From assembly GCF_009914755.1 (NCBI RefSeq), contig NC_060927.1: DNA of 64,000 bases. One strand, 5' to 3'. The translations under genes were made by a program, and so were the position numbers. The notes under the pieces are model-generated. The model worked only from the letters and a program-made list of their open reading frames with translations. It did no database searches and had not been told where the DNA came from. The stretch comes from the human T2T-CHM13v2.0 reference genome, Homo sapiens. Below are positions 40,791 to 54,164 of the stretch, piece by piece; position 1 is the stretch's first letter, and each line of letters begins with the position of its first letter.

Positions 40791-42971
40791 AGAGTGCCTT
40801 GATAATAATTGTGGGTGGATGTAGCATGAACTCTTTAGACTGGACTAATGTTGAAAATTAGCGAACTATAAATTTAAACACATATTTACTTCTTTATATT
40901 CTTTTTTGATTTCCTTCATTTTTAATAGCAAAACAACACTTTCAATTATCAACGTGGCTGGTATTTTCTAAGCGTTGTTCTTTCAGTTGAGATAACAATA
41001 AAAGTGGTCCAGATGTCATCGCTTATTTTCATCAACATTATCTATTTTGTTCTCTTTCCCATATTGTTATGACAGTCTTAACATATACTTGAAAACAATT
41101 AAAACTCTTTCATTCTCGAGGATGTTTTGACTCCCTTTCTCTTGCTATATTCCCTTCTCACCAATAAAACCATAGCGTTTTTCTAAATGAGAGGAGCATA
41201 GTGATATCAAACACTGACAATTCATTTCTTAAAGGGCATTCAATTTTCACACTAAATGAGTCGTTCACAGGATGAGAGTATAGTTCAAGTTATGTGGTAA
41301 ATAGAACTGAAGAAAGTGAAAGCAATTCATAGAAGAGAAGAAAAGAAAAAAAGGAAAAATAGAAAAGTGAATAGCTTACGTCCTGTGTACCATATGAACA
41401 GAGAAAATAAATGCTAACCACATTCCTGGTGATTTTCTGTTCCAAGGAAATATCAACCACCACAACTATAATTTGCATTGTACCTCACACCACATTCTTA
41501 AAAGGGACTTTTTAAAAGAAGATATTGGTAATTAGAAAAATATTAGTATTCCGTAAATAGTACTTTATTTTTTACTAATAACAAAGCTTGATATTGCAAT
41601 GAAGCTTGTTAGTGGTCACTACATTAGTATTACATCTAGCTGCTCATTTCCAAAAGTACAATAAAGGCTTCTTTTTTTATTTCTCTTTCCATGTTCTCTT
41701 TGCCCATCTGTCAATAATTGAAAAGCACTCTATCAGGAAATGGAATTTGTATGATCTGTCTCCTCTATAGTGCTAAAGAAAAAAATGCTTGACTCTGTGT
41801 TAGACTTTCTTGGTCTGGTATATCTTTTTGTCATTAATCCAGGCATGTTTTAGAAGGGTTTTTAGTGGGTGCATTTCCAGGAGGGAACCATTGTCTTTTT
41901 GGTAATGTACTTAGTCTCCGGAATTATTGTCCTCAATTCTTAGATGTAGACTAGACTGGGTAGAAATAGCTTATTTCCTAGCCCTCTTTTTTAGCCATTG
42001 CTATTATTAATGATAAATGACTTAAATGAGCACATCCAGGCTGAGGACTTGATTTAGAGTGAGTTAGAGTAACTCAGAATAAACCCAAGATGATGTTAGA
42101 GGCACCTGACACTTAACAAATGATCAGAAAAGAACAACCCGTGTACATTCAGAGTTATAATATAAGTGGATAGATTGTTGCATAGGATTGGAATTTAAAA
42201 TCAGAGTTAGGAGCTACAGAGATTTCTGAACTGAGTGTGTTGAGATGACATACAAAAGAGATATGAGTAAAGATCAGGAGAATCTAGTTCTTAACCAGCC
42301 TCCACACACAGCTGACTGTGGTTTTAAAAGCATTCCTTCTTTGATTCTTCCTTGAAATGTAATCCAGTCAGTGAGATAGAAATCTCCCTGCACTTGAGTC
42401 TTATTTGTCATAATTACGCATCTTTAGGGTTTCATAATGATCAATTTAATCACTTTGCCGTTTAGAGGGCTATAACAGCCAATCATGATAATAGGTTTGG
42501 TATTTGGGAGGAACCATTTAACGCCCAAGAGCCCTTATTCTGAGCCTCTTGATGCTACTTCAACTTGACAGGCAGCTTCTGATTAGCACACATTGCAAAA
42601 TCTTTGGTAAAATGCTCATTTCTTTTAAATAAATTCTGTGACCTAGTAGTAGGCATCTTAGCTTGCATACAAGGTCATGTGTAAGAGAAGTTTCCTCCAA
42701 AATGCTTATTTTCTTTCTAGCCATCTATTAAAACAGTCTGAACACACCAATCAGCTTCTGTTTTCTCAGGAATTCCAAATGTAGCTTGGTTCTAAGTGGC
42801 TGGTGAAAATGCACCTGAACTTCCCAAACTAGCTCTGTTACTGTCATTGAATGATATCGAAATATTTTTGGACTGTATCTACCTAAAACTCACCATTTTC
42901 CTATCATCAACGGCCTTGTCTAATACCTGTCACACTAACATGAAGAGAAACAAAACGAGGTCTTAGGACAT

Positions 42972-43156
42972 TTGTTCTCAATCTTTAGTGAATGTTAAGA
43001 TCACAGGGAGAGTAGGCTTATTTGAATGTAGATTCCTAGGGCTTATCCTCAGAGGCTTTTATTTGTTGTCTTGGATGGCCCCAGGAAACTCCATTTAACA
43101 GGCACCCCAGTGATTTTGATATAAGTAGCCCTGAATCACATTTTGAGAAATATTGT
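42972..43156. mobile_element. MER5-type hAT-Charlie element
   Basis: gttctcaatctttag...gatcacagggag...tttaacaggcaccccagtgattttgat...cacattttgagaaatattg. Confidence 0.7.
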
Positions 43157-43439
43157 GCAAGGCCAATTACTAGTAGATTGGCTACTATAAAGACATCTCA
43201 GCATTTTATCTAAAAACATTAATAAAATGGTTTTCCTTCCCCCGACCCCCGGCTATGCCTCCATTTCTTCTAAACTAGATAATCACTTTAAAAAAGTATT
43301 TTGTAAATGAATGTTTGAGTGCATTTACTTCCTTGGAAAAAAAGAAGATAAAAAATACAGAGCTTTTTCATCTGCATAGCATGATTTTAAAACTAAACAG
43401 GGATTAGACTTTGGAAAGCTTTGCCAAGATTATAACTCA

Positions 43440-43600
43440 CAGTATAGCAGTTTGAGCATGAGATGTGAACTGAAATATCACCTACAGTATGTAGATTTTA
43501 CTTCTTTAATTTCCTAATCTTCAGTATCCTCATCTGTAAAATAGGGATAGTCATACATGTCATATAGAACTCAACTTGTATTTAATAAAATTAAATACAA
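43440..43600 (+). mobile_element. MIR fragment
   Basis: ctaatcttcagtatcctcatctgtaaaatagggatag. Confidence 0.7.
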
Positions 43601-43694
43601 TTATATATTATACATACATATACATGTGCATGCCTGTGGACACACACAGCACAAACACATGTATGGCTTAGCAAAATACCTGAGCCAGAGTAAT

Positions 43695-43803
43695 ATTTTT
43701 ATTGTAAATTGATAATTTATAATTGTATAAATTTGTGGGGTACAAAGTGATAATTCATGAACACAAGGTGGAATGATTAAATCAGAGTAATCTTACATAG
43801 TCA
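43695..43803 (-). mobile_element. L1MA-type 3' end fragment
   Basis: ataattgtataaatttgtggggtacaaagtgata...tggaatgattaaatc. Confidence 0.7.
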
Positions 43804-46800
43804 TAGTAATCGAGGGGCTAGAAACAAATGTTAACATCTCCAAATTGTATCTATCTGGGAAAAGAAAATGCGGCTTGTAGCCACTCTGTCTAACCTATTC
43901 TTCTTTATAGGTAAAGTAAAAGCAGTAGAAACCCCAAAAAAAGGGAAACTGCCGTTTAAAGACAGGCAGGCTGTTACTATGAAAGCAATGCCACGGACTG
44001 CACTGCAGGTTGCTAAATGTGCTGAGGTTATTTGTGCCCAGCAATAAATACTGTTGCAAGCTCCAATGGCAGGAATAAGGCCATGCCATGCCCCAGGGTA
44101 AAGGAGAAAGGAAATGATCTGGAACTACCTTCTTTTCCCCACCCATGTTTGCTCTTGCACATGCTACTAGATTTTTTCCCCCTCAATTATCCCAATGTCT
44201 TGTTTTGAAAGGGGGCGGGTGGACAGCATGGATGTAGAAACTAAGTTATTTATTGTCTTTGCCTCCAGTATACTTTGAGAAGAAAATGTGCAGCACATAC
44301 ATTTTGTATAAAATATGTTATAAAGTATTTAGCTGAGTAATAATACTTTGGATTGTTATTGCCAGATGAGATGTCCCCAGCCCCCAGCTCCAACTTTACA
44401 CCAGCATCAGCCTATGTGATACAGATGAGGACCCAGTCAAGATGGCAGTGTAAGCTCTCATTTGCAATGGCAGCAGTAGTTGATGAGGGCCAGAGGAGGG
44501 TAAGGGTGTCCAAGTGATGATTCCCATCTCGCTACTCTCCTCCTCCAGGTCAAAAAATCTTTATTTTTAAATTATTTTTTCCTGTGGCTGCTGGTCTTCT
44601 TTATAGTTTTGAAGATACATGTTTGGGCTCCTACAAGTGAGTAGGACGATCAAAGACACCCTCCCTCTTCTATTATCGGGGTTAAACCAGCATACAGATT
44701 AGATGATACCACTGAGTAGATTTGGTCATTTGAAACCACAGAGTCAAATCTTCTCATAAGATGCAAATAAACATAAAAGTAAGATTCATTACACAAACTT
44801 TTTAAATAAAAAGCTTTTCAAAAATGCATTTATTTTGTGTATTGATGGTCTTTCTACTATTGTAGAAGACTATCAGATAATGTCGATACAGTTCATAAAG
44901 ATGACTAAAGGGTAATAATAGAATATATTTAATAAAAAGTAAATTTATGACAACAATACCATCTAGAGATGGATAATTAAGAAGTTGCATTGATATGACT
45001 GCTCATTAATATATCTGCTGCTCTAATTAATGCTGTCAGGGTAACAGTGGTCTCCCTTGGATGCTGGCTGTCTCTTCAGTCACAGGACCTTGAGGGCTTG
45101 GGAGAGCCCTCTTTTCTGCTTCTCTTTCTCTCTTTACCTAGCTGATACTGGATGTATGGATGGTGCCAATTTCTCCTGCATTTGTTTTCAGCTTTCTGAA
45201 GTTCGATATTGCATAGACATCTGGCTTCAAAGCTATGTATGCCTAAGTAGTTTTTACTCTGTAAGCTAGGAATACATTTATATTTCTCCTACATACTCTA
45301 CATGGTTAGTATTATTTGTAAGTCAAATGTTTATAAAGCACAGAGATTTTTGGGAGAAGGTGATAAATAAATGCTTGGAAAAAGAAGCAAACAAGAAGCC
45401 CCCTAAGTTTTTCTAGTGGCAGTTTGGATATGTTAACAGAAATCTGAGCTCAGTGCCACTGTAAAATCCTACACATCCTCATAACAGTCTTTAAAGTGTT
45501 AGAAAAAAATTCATCTAGCATTTCCATTTCTACTGCTGTATTGCCTGTGGTGGCGTATTCATCCTCTCTTTAGTGCATCTAGGAGAAAGAATTTAGTATT
45601 CCATAAAGGAATCAATTCCTCAAAATTTCTGACTATATTTTGTATGTTCAGATAATCTTATTAACATTTAATGATTATGTAAACTAAATTCATCTATTCC
45701 ACTTTTGAAATTTGTTCATAACTTGTCTACTCAGTTTTCTAAGTCATGACATGTTATGTTAATTTGATTATTTTTGTGATATTTTCCTTGTGCTCATAAA
45801 GAAACAGACTTTGCTTATTATTATAGACTTGAACATACATATTTTAAACCTTTTGCCCTCAAAATTATGACATCTGCAATAGTGGCTTTTTAAAAAAAAT
45901 TTTTTTAAGTAAAAAATGTGGTATCTGTATAAAATATACAATGATCAAGTTTTCCCCATCTCATTATATTTTCAATTCCTTTCCTTTCTTATTAGTATGC
46001 AATTTTTTATTACTGACAAGTGGATGAATCAAAATGAGAATGTTGATTTATCTCAGCAAACACTTTACACCTGTAGAGAATGGTGCTGTTGGCTCACATC
46101 AGTACACTCTTAGAAAAAATGCAGAGATGTCTTCTAGGTTTGAACTTTGTTTGGAAGACTAAAAATTAGTGGTTCAAGTTCTAGAGCTTTTACATGGTGG
46201 AAGTTGGGAAAAAGAAACTTTGGTGTTTGTTTGTTTGCTTTTTCTCTACCTTTGTGATTTGAATCTGGCCTTTGGAAATAACCACTGACAACCTGGCATT
46301 GCAGCACTGACAACAGCAATGAAGAGAGTGACTTCCTGGATGTCAGTATGGCATCAGCTCTTCAACTCTCCTGCTCTTATTGTTGGCATATTTGGGAAAC
46401 AATAACCAAATAAAAAAGTCAGCTTCAGGGAAAGAGGGAGGAACCAGGATGAAATTTTATGAGTCTACCACCTGGGGATTTGTGAGGAGTGACTTCTAAA
46501 GAGGAGAAAAGAATAGTCAGTCTCACTATAGATATGAAGGGAGCTCTAGTCATTTTAATAAAAACAGTTACTACTCTCAAAAATGCAACTTCATTTGGTA
46601 ATGCAACCTGAGAAGTGGGTCATATCAGTTATAAAATTATTTAATTATAAAAAGTCATGATCTTTGTGATCCTTTCATGAAGCTTGGTTTCTCTTAATGT
46701 GTCTTAGTCTTTGTAACTGATATAGTGTGCTGTTGAATAATCGCTAGGCTAGCCACATTTAACTGCTGAAAGGTAGCCTCATTTCAGCATGGAGTGAGTG

Positions 46801-48169
46801 ATCCCCAAATACTGGTAGTGGAATGTCTTGGGATTTCAATAGATAAAAGAAACAATGTTAATGTAGAGTCATTAAGAGCAAATTTTTAATTTGAGAGCTT
46901 TGTTTTATACTAGAATGAAAAATGAAATTTGGCCACAGGTACCTTCACTTTTCTTTTCGCTTTAATCTGTGGACTCAAAAGAAACTATAGTCAAGTTTAG
47001 CAGTTGTCTTTTCATTCTACATGGATAGAGATTTGGTTGATAACAGGCATTTGCATGTGGAGATGCTGGGGTGATAACCTATCACAGAATGGCTTTTTCC
47101 TCATCCTTTTCTGAAAGAGATGTGTCAAGTCTGATACAGGTATACGTGAGAATGTAGATGCTGGGCATCGCACAATGCCCATATTTTCAGAGAAAAGTAC
47201 AAATAAAGATTTGTGTAAAGCATTCCTAGAAGCTTTCCTGTACTTGTGTACCAACCATCTTTAAATCTTGCTGGTCTATCTAAGCTTGTCAACTTTCCAT
47301 ACATAGTATTCACCAAAGGAAGTTTCCATACATTCTTTTTCAAAACAAGGAAAGAAGCCTGTCCTGCCCCAGAGGCCATCCACTTTCTGTGTAATGTCAC
47401 CATTATTCCTGTCAGTAGCCAGGTAATTAAGGATACACATGATCAATAGGCTTGCCCCTTCCAGAGCTTTGTTATCTTCACCTAAAAGTGCCTGTTCATA
47501 GTGAAGGCCAGTACTGATCCCAGACAAGGGGGGCTTTTTCCTCTTGTTTAATTTAGTGCCCTTCCTCTTCCACAGTGTTCAGGATCTAGAATACTGCATG
47601 GCACACTGATAGAAGCCACTCAGGGAATATTTGTTGATGATGATGATGATAATTATTCTATATCACAGACCACTAGTGCCTTCTCTGATTAATACCAATT
47701 TCTAATGATTGAATTTATGTTTTTGTTGTCAATGAATCAAAAAACTGCATACATTTCAGAGGATGTTCAGAAGACAGTTTTAGGGTTTTTTCCCCCCAAT
47801 AACCTATTCAATGACCAATGTTTCACTAGACTTAAGGAGGTGGAGAGAAAAATAATAAAATGAGAAGATATATGTTTTAGTTCAATTGACTTTACATGTT
47901 AGTAATAGGACAGAAGTATCATTCAATACTAAATTAAGAAAACTCATGTTACATTTGATCCCCAATGACTTATCCCCATGATCAAATTTTCTTGGAAAAT
48001 TAATGGACATTTATTTGGAGCTGGTGAGGAAACTTGTATATATTAATATTTTCCTGAGTATAACAAGTGATTAGTCTATGGGGACATGTGAATAAACATT
48101 AGAGAAAACTTAGCTTGAGATACAATATATTAACAATCAGAACTCTAGATTGAATGGATACCTGAGATT

Positions 48170-48845
48170 AATTTACTATGATTACCCAACAACTGGTTAA
48201 AGAAATACCTTAGAATATATTTTAAATATATACTTTAGAATATATTTAATTTAGAACCTATTTTATAATCCACAAGGAATATGTGAACTGGATTATAATA
48301 AAGTTGATTCATAACTGATTAAAATTTTTTCCTAAAGTGTGCTAATTAAAGGATTGATATCAATTTGAGGGACTTAGAAAAGGACATCATAATCAAATTT
48401 ACTAAGAATAACCAATTAAAATAGCCAAACCATAGAATAGCAGTAATAATAATAACTACACATTGAACATTTACTACATGTTAGGAATAGTTGGATGGTA
48501 GAATAGCATCCAGTTAGTGAGTTCTACTTCTGGGCTGACATATGCAGATAATCCCCCCACCATCTTTTATTTCAAGAGAGATCTACAGGGAATTGGGGTT
48601 ATCCTTGGTCTGTTGTAACAAGAATTTCAAAATCATTGCTTTACAGTATTATGACTTCAGTAATAAAACAAATCTGCTAACATGTAACAGGGATAAATGT
48701 AAAGTTTTCCCCTTAAATTAAAAAAAACAAATGATGTAAATTCAAAATGGGAAATACATGGCTCATTAGCTTTGTGTGTGAAATGACTCAATTTTTAGTT
48801 GACTATGATCTCACAGACACTGGTATGGATGTGGGGAAAAAAACA
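48170..48845 (+). mobile_element. L3/CR1 LINE remnant (fragmentary)
   Basis: taacagggataaatgtaaagtt...aaaatgggaaatacatggct...gtgtgaaatgac...ttttagttgacta resembles the CR1/L3 3' region. Confidence 0.6.
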
Positions 48846-49239
48846 ACAATTTTTTTCTAAGTCCATACAAATCTCATTATTTGAGGTTAAATTCATGTAG
48901 TTTTTGTTTATCCTTTATTCATTTCTTTATTTATTACTATTTGCTCAGGAAAGGTCATTTCCTCCCCTCCTCTCAGGCTCCCTTCAAGTTATCAAGAAAA
49001 ATAAACCAGGTCTATTCAACCTCAGGGTAAGGATGGATTGGATCCTGGCCAGAATTGTCTTCCCAACTGGGAGTCGTCCCAATCTCCCACCCACAGAGAT
49101 AAAACCAAAGACAGTATTGCTGGCCTTTTCCAAGGAGAACAGAAGATAAGCTGACTGGCTGGCAAGATCCACGTACCGACTAGAGTGACCATGTGACTCA
49201 CTCTCTGTTAGCCATAAGAGTTACTTAGTTGTTATAGAG

Positions 49240-49360
49240 CCCTGTGGACCTTACATGCCAGTGTGTACAGAAATCACAAAGGATGCTTGTTAAAATGTAG
49301 ATTCCTGAGATTGTGTTTCAATACATCTGGAATGGGGCTAAGAATGCTACATTTAAATAA
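49240..49360. mobile_element. MER5-type element
   Basis: aaatcacaaaggatgcttgttaaaatgtagattcctgag...tctggaatggggctaagaat. Confidence 0.7.
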
Positions 49361-49865
49361 TATATAGTAGACTTACTTTGTGTTCATTTATATGCTAAGT
49401 AATTCAACATATATCTGTGAGCAGTAAATATGCCCTGGTCACCCTTCTATAGTGTAGTAGTATCACTGAGGGTAAAGCGGTGAATAAGATGGACAATGTA
49501 CATTCCATTGTGGGACTATGAGACTTACATTCTACTGGGAGGCTATGGATAAAAATCTCACAAATAATAAACTTTCAAATAGTGACAGTGCTACAAGGAA
49601 ATAAAACAGCACAATGGGAAAAGAGTAGCATAAGGGGTGTGTGTGAGCTAAGGTGATCAGAGACAGCTTTCTTTAGGATGCCATGTTTGAACTGAGGCCT
49701 TAATGATGAAAAGAATGTGTGTGTATGTGTGTGTGTACATATAGTGGGTTGAGGCACAGGAGGTACAGTACAGAAGGCATAGGAGATACAGCAAGTGCAA
49801 AGGCCCTGAGGTTGGAAGGATCTTGGTAAGCTTGGGGAATACAAGGCAGGACTGTGTAGCTAGGG

Positions 49866-49899
49866 TGGGGTTTCTCAAGAGGGAAACTATTGACATTTT

Positions 49900-49953
<54 letters not shown>

Positions 49954-50335
49954 TACATACACACACATATATTTAAATATATACATGCATACATTTAAAT
50001 ATACTAATATATGTATTTTATATATTAGAATATATATTATGTATTTTATATATTAGAATATACAATATACATTATTATATATTCTAATATATAAAATACA
50101 TATATACATATAATAGCTATACATATAATATTAAAAATATTATATATTATATAATACTTCTATATATCGTGTGTGTGATATGGGGCTTTTCTGTGCATTG
50201 TAATTTCAGCAGCATCCTTGGCCTCAACCCACTAGATGCTGGTTTTACCTTCCTGGCTGTGACAATCAAAAAATGTCTCCAGCCATTGACACACGTCTCC
50301 TGGGAGGCAAAATCATCCCTAGTTGACAACCACTC
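49866..50335 (-). mobile_element. MER20 (hAT-Charlie) containing a large TA-rich expansion
   Basis: gggtttctcaag...actattgacattttggg, then the AT tract, then tctgtgcattgta...ggaggcaaaatc...gttgacaaccact. Imperfect 8-bp TSD agctaggg/aactagga. Confidence 0.88.
49903..50168. repeat. ~(AT)21 microsatellite plus a degenerate AT-rich tract
   Basis: Directly visible. Confidence 0.95.
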
Positions 50336-50744
50336 AACTAGGACACAGTGAGAGGGGGAGAAAGATAGGAGGGTGGGGTGATAGAGAGTGACCAAATTAT
50401 GTAGGGCCATAATAATCCCTGGATTTCATTTCAAGAGATTCTGGAAGTCACTGGGGGGTTTTAACTGGGGTAAGGGGTAAATATGATCTGATTTATGTTT
50501 TCAAAAAGGCTCTATCATGGCTGGGTAGGGAATAGGGGGTGTGGAAAGTAGAAGAAAGTATACCAGTGGGTGGATTGCTGAATAGTCTAGCAGAGAGATG
50601 ATGGGATTGAACTGGTGTTTAGCAGCTAGGATAGTGAGAACATGTTGAATTCACAAAGTGTAATGGGAGAAGCCCTGATGGGACTTTCAGTGGTCACTAG
50701 ACCACACTCAGAAAAACAACATCCTTGACCCTTGCATTGTCCTT

Positions 50745-50875
50745 GACCCAGAAGTGCTGTCATCACCTGGAAGCTTAGATGTACCATCTCAGGCCCCACC
50801 CAGAGATGCTGAATCCGAATCTCATTTTACTAAGATCACCAGGTGACTGATATGCAGGTGAAGTTTGAGACACAC
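50745..50875. mobile_element. MER5A-like element
   Basis: catcacctggaagctt...atctcaggccccacccaga...gctgaatccgaatctcattttactaagatc...aagtttgaga. Confidence 0.78.
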
Positions 50876-52319
50876 AAGTCTAAGCTAAGTTTCTCGTTTT
50901 ACTTATTAAAAACATAGATGCTTTGAGACGAAGAGTGATCTATATAAGGTCACACAGACAATCAGGAGCAGAGTCAGAACTGGAACCCAGTTCTCCCATC
51001 TCCCGCCCGTGTTCCGACAGCCTGCCTGGTAGGATAACATCTATCTCCTCTTAGGGTCCTTACTTAAGAGAGCCAGGAATTATAAGTCTGTCCCTCAATT
51101 CTCATAGGATGAGGAAAAGTCACCCTTCAAAAAATAAAAGATTGAAATTCCTCCAGGGAGGAAGAATGAAAGACCCATGGTATCAATTTAAAGCAAAAAG
51201 CATTTAAAAACCAATTACCAAGCTGTGTTGCTGCTGCTCATGGGGCTGTCATCCTTTCCCAGCTCAGAGTGTTAATACTGAAAATACAAAACAAATCCCT
51301 TGAAAAGCGATGCCAGGATTGGCTTGTGGGCAACGATGATGAGGCTTTGAGATCAGCCTTTGCAAAGAGGGCTGCTCAGCTGCATATTCAGTGACAGGAA
51401 TCTTCCGAATCACAAGCAGCAGGATTTGCAACTTGAACAATGTTTCTTTTCCCTCCATGGGAAGAGAGATTTTGGAAAGCTGAATATCAGTGTTCCCCTT
51501 GTCTTTATCATTCTCCTCTCTGGCTACCCTAGACTTGCTGCTTTGTTATCCCCCAAGGACACGGGCCATTTGTCAAATTCTCTTCTCCTCAAAACCTAAA
51601 GCACAAAATAGCTACTGTCCTTTCTGGCAGCTCCTGCAGAGCTAATATGTTGTGCTTATCCTAATATGTGGACCCCGTCATGTCCTAAATTAAAGAGCCT
51701 GGTTTGAAGGATGAGCTTCAGGGGAAAGAGGAATAAAACAAAAAGATTCAAATCCCTGAGGCTACCATTCATGGGAAAAGGTACCCATCTCCATCTCTAA
51801 ACCTTGGACATGTGAAGGAAGCCCTGTTTCCTTAGAATCCTGAAGGTGGTTTGGTAAACCACTTCTGCGAAGGGTTTTTTCCATTACCTGGAATTAGCAG
51901 GTTACTGAAGGGCAGATAAACTAATCGCTGTATGAGCACAGTGGTTGGTGGGGAGGGAGGCTGCCTCGGGCTCTCATGGGAAGGAGGAAAAAGCTGAATG
52001 CCTTTCCTAGGACTGGGTGTGAAACTGCTCCTCTCAGTTGGAGACTGGCCCCTGCAAGCACACAGCTTCTGCCACTGCACAGCTGTCAGCTGCCATTAGC
52101 AGGTTCCTGACAAGAACATGTGGCGTTCCCCAGTCATTCTCCCCAGCAACTCAAACTGGGCAGTGATGCAGGGGTATGTGTGGTGTGTGTGTTTGTGTGT
52201 GTGCATGTATCTGTGCACACTGGGAAGAGACAACAAAGAAGAAAGAGAGATTAAACAATGGTTTCTGGACTCAGATAATTACCCAGTATCAAGAGAAGAT
52301 TCAAGCCAGATTTTCTCTC

Positions 52320-52620
52320 TTGGTATTAGGGACTTTGGGTAAGTCACTTAATGCCTCTACTCTTTGTTTTCCTGCACCAACTGAGAATAGCAAAAATCTA
52401 TGATTTATACACTCCTTTGTAAGTGCCAGGCTCTATGCTAGAGCCCACTGTGGAAACCATCTCACTTAATCATCACAACAACCTGACGATACAAGAACTA
52501 TATATGTATATATATTTGCAGATGAGAAAACTGAGACTTGAGAAGGTTAAGTAAATTTCCCCAGAACCCCTAGATAGGGATGATGGAACCAGAATTCCAT
52601 GGCAGACTATGTGACTATGA
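52320..52620. mobile_element. MIR fragments (opposite orientations)
   Basis: actttgggtaagtcacttaat (+); cacttaatcatcacaacaacc...tttgcagatgagaaaactgagacttgagaaggttaagtaa (-). Confidence 0.75.
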
Positions 52621-53657
52621 GTCATCATGAATCAGCAGCTGTACCTCCTCAAACGCGGATGGCCACCTCACTGTGTGTTTGAGTGATCAACCAAAGCCAT
52701 GTGTGGGAAAGCACCTGGTACACTGAGGGCTGCACCAATGTCAGCAACTGCTATTTAAAGAACTCAACATTAGCTTATTCATTCACTGAGTACTTGTTGT
52801 GGACCTGGTTCTGTTCTATGAATTATAACACATGGAGAAGGGGAGTGAGGAAAGACGATATTGGCTCTTCCTTCAAGTAACACATGTTATCAGGTGTTGG
52901 CAATAAAAATGTTGTATCTGTATGACAGGTTCATAACCCTGAAGTCGAGGACACCCCACATGCTCACCAAATGAGACTAAAGCAAAACACCTGCTTACCT
53001 AACCCCTTTTCTAGTAGAGACCACTGATGAGGAGTTCTCATGTCAGCATTCTAAGAGCTGCATTTAAGAGTAACCATGGGACCTCCTTTTATCTCTCATT
53101 CTATTTCTGTTGTCATGGTGTTTCAAAGCAAATACCTGAAATGAGTAAATTTTAATTCTGAAACAGTTATGCAGTTTTCCCAAAGTTGTAATTTAACAGG
53201 CATAATCAAGGCACTATATCATAGTAAATGATGGTTTATCTGGTGCTCATCACCTAGAAATATTATTACTAGCGGGTGCTTCTGTGCTTCAATGGTACAA
53301 TGATAATTGATGTTCACAATGATTACCCCGAGGCAGTGCAAGTTCCTAAAGTGCTTTGTGGATCATACAAAAAAAGAAAAGAAAAAAAGGAAAAGAAAAA
53401 AACAGAAAAGCTTCCTTTGTCATTTTTTGCATTACAGTTGAACATAATACAATTCTTTGAATATTAGTCACCAGTAATAAAATATGTGCTAACATCACTG
53501 ATCAGAGCATTTCAATTCCCCATTATACACCATTATGCCAAAAAAAGGAATTCTGTACAGGCATATATTCCGTATCTTTTATTTCCTTCCAGAAAAGCTC
53601 AAGCTAATTTTACATAACTGAGTGTCTGCCCATGAAGAACTCTGAGGGGAAACTGCT

Positions 53658-54164
53658 TGTGTTAGTTTGTTATTGCTATGCAAACTCAGTGGCTTAAAAT
53701 AATATAAGTTTATTATCTTAGAGTCCTGGAGGTGAGAAGTCCAAAATGGGTCTCACTGGGCTACAGTCCAAATGTCAGCAGAGCTGAGCTCCTTCTGGTG
53801 GTTTGAGGGGGAGAATCTGTTTCCTTGTCTTTTCCAGTTTCTGGAAGCTGCCTGCAGTCCTTGGCTGTGGCCGCCTTCTCCATCTTCACACCAGCAGTGT
53901 AGTATCTTCAAGTCTCTCTCTCTAACTACAACCCTCACTTCCATCTTCACATTCCCTTGGCACTCTGACCTTCCTGCTTCTCTCTGATAAAGATCTTTGT
54001 GATTACATTGGGCCTATCCAAATAATCTAAACTAATTTGTTCATCTTTAGATTTTAACTTAATTACATCTGCAAAGTCCCTTTTGCCATGTAAGGTAGCA
54101 TATTCACAGGTTTCAGAGGTTCAAATATAGACATCTTTGGGGGGTCATTATTCTGTCTATCACC
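53658..54164 (-). mobile_element. MLT1D-type MaLR LTR
   Basis: actcagtggcttaaaa...gaagtccaaaatgggtctcactgggcta...gtgattacattgggcc...gacatctttggggggtcattattctgtctatcac. Confidence 0.88.

Larger units (their letters stand above)
49400..50700 (-). mobile_element. L2 fragment interrupted by MER20
   Basis: cagcaagtgcaaaggccctgaggttggaagg before the insertion; atgatctgatttatgttttcaaaaaggctct and gtctagcagagagatgatg after it. Confidence 0.78.

Noticed and set aside
49657-50056. YI/VC-repeat ORFs (also 56506-56897)
   Set aside because: Translations of (TA)n/(TG)n microsatellites.
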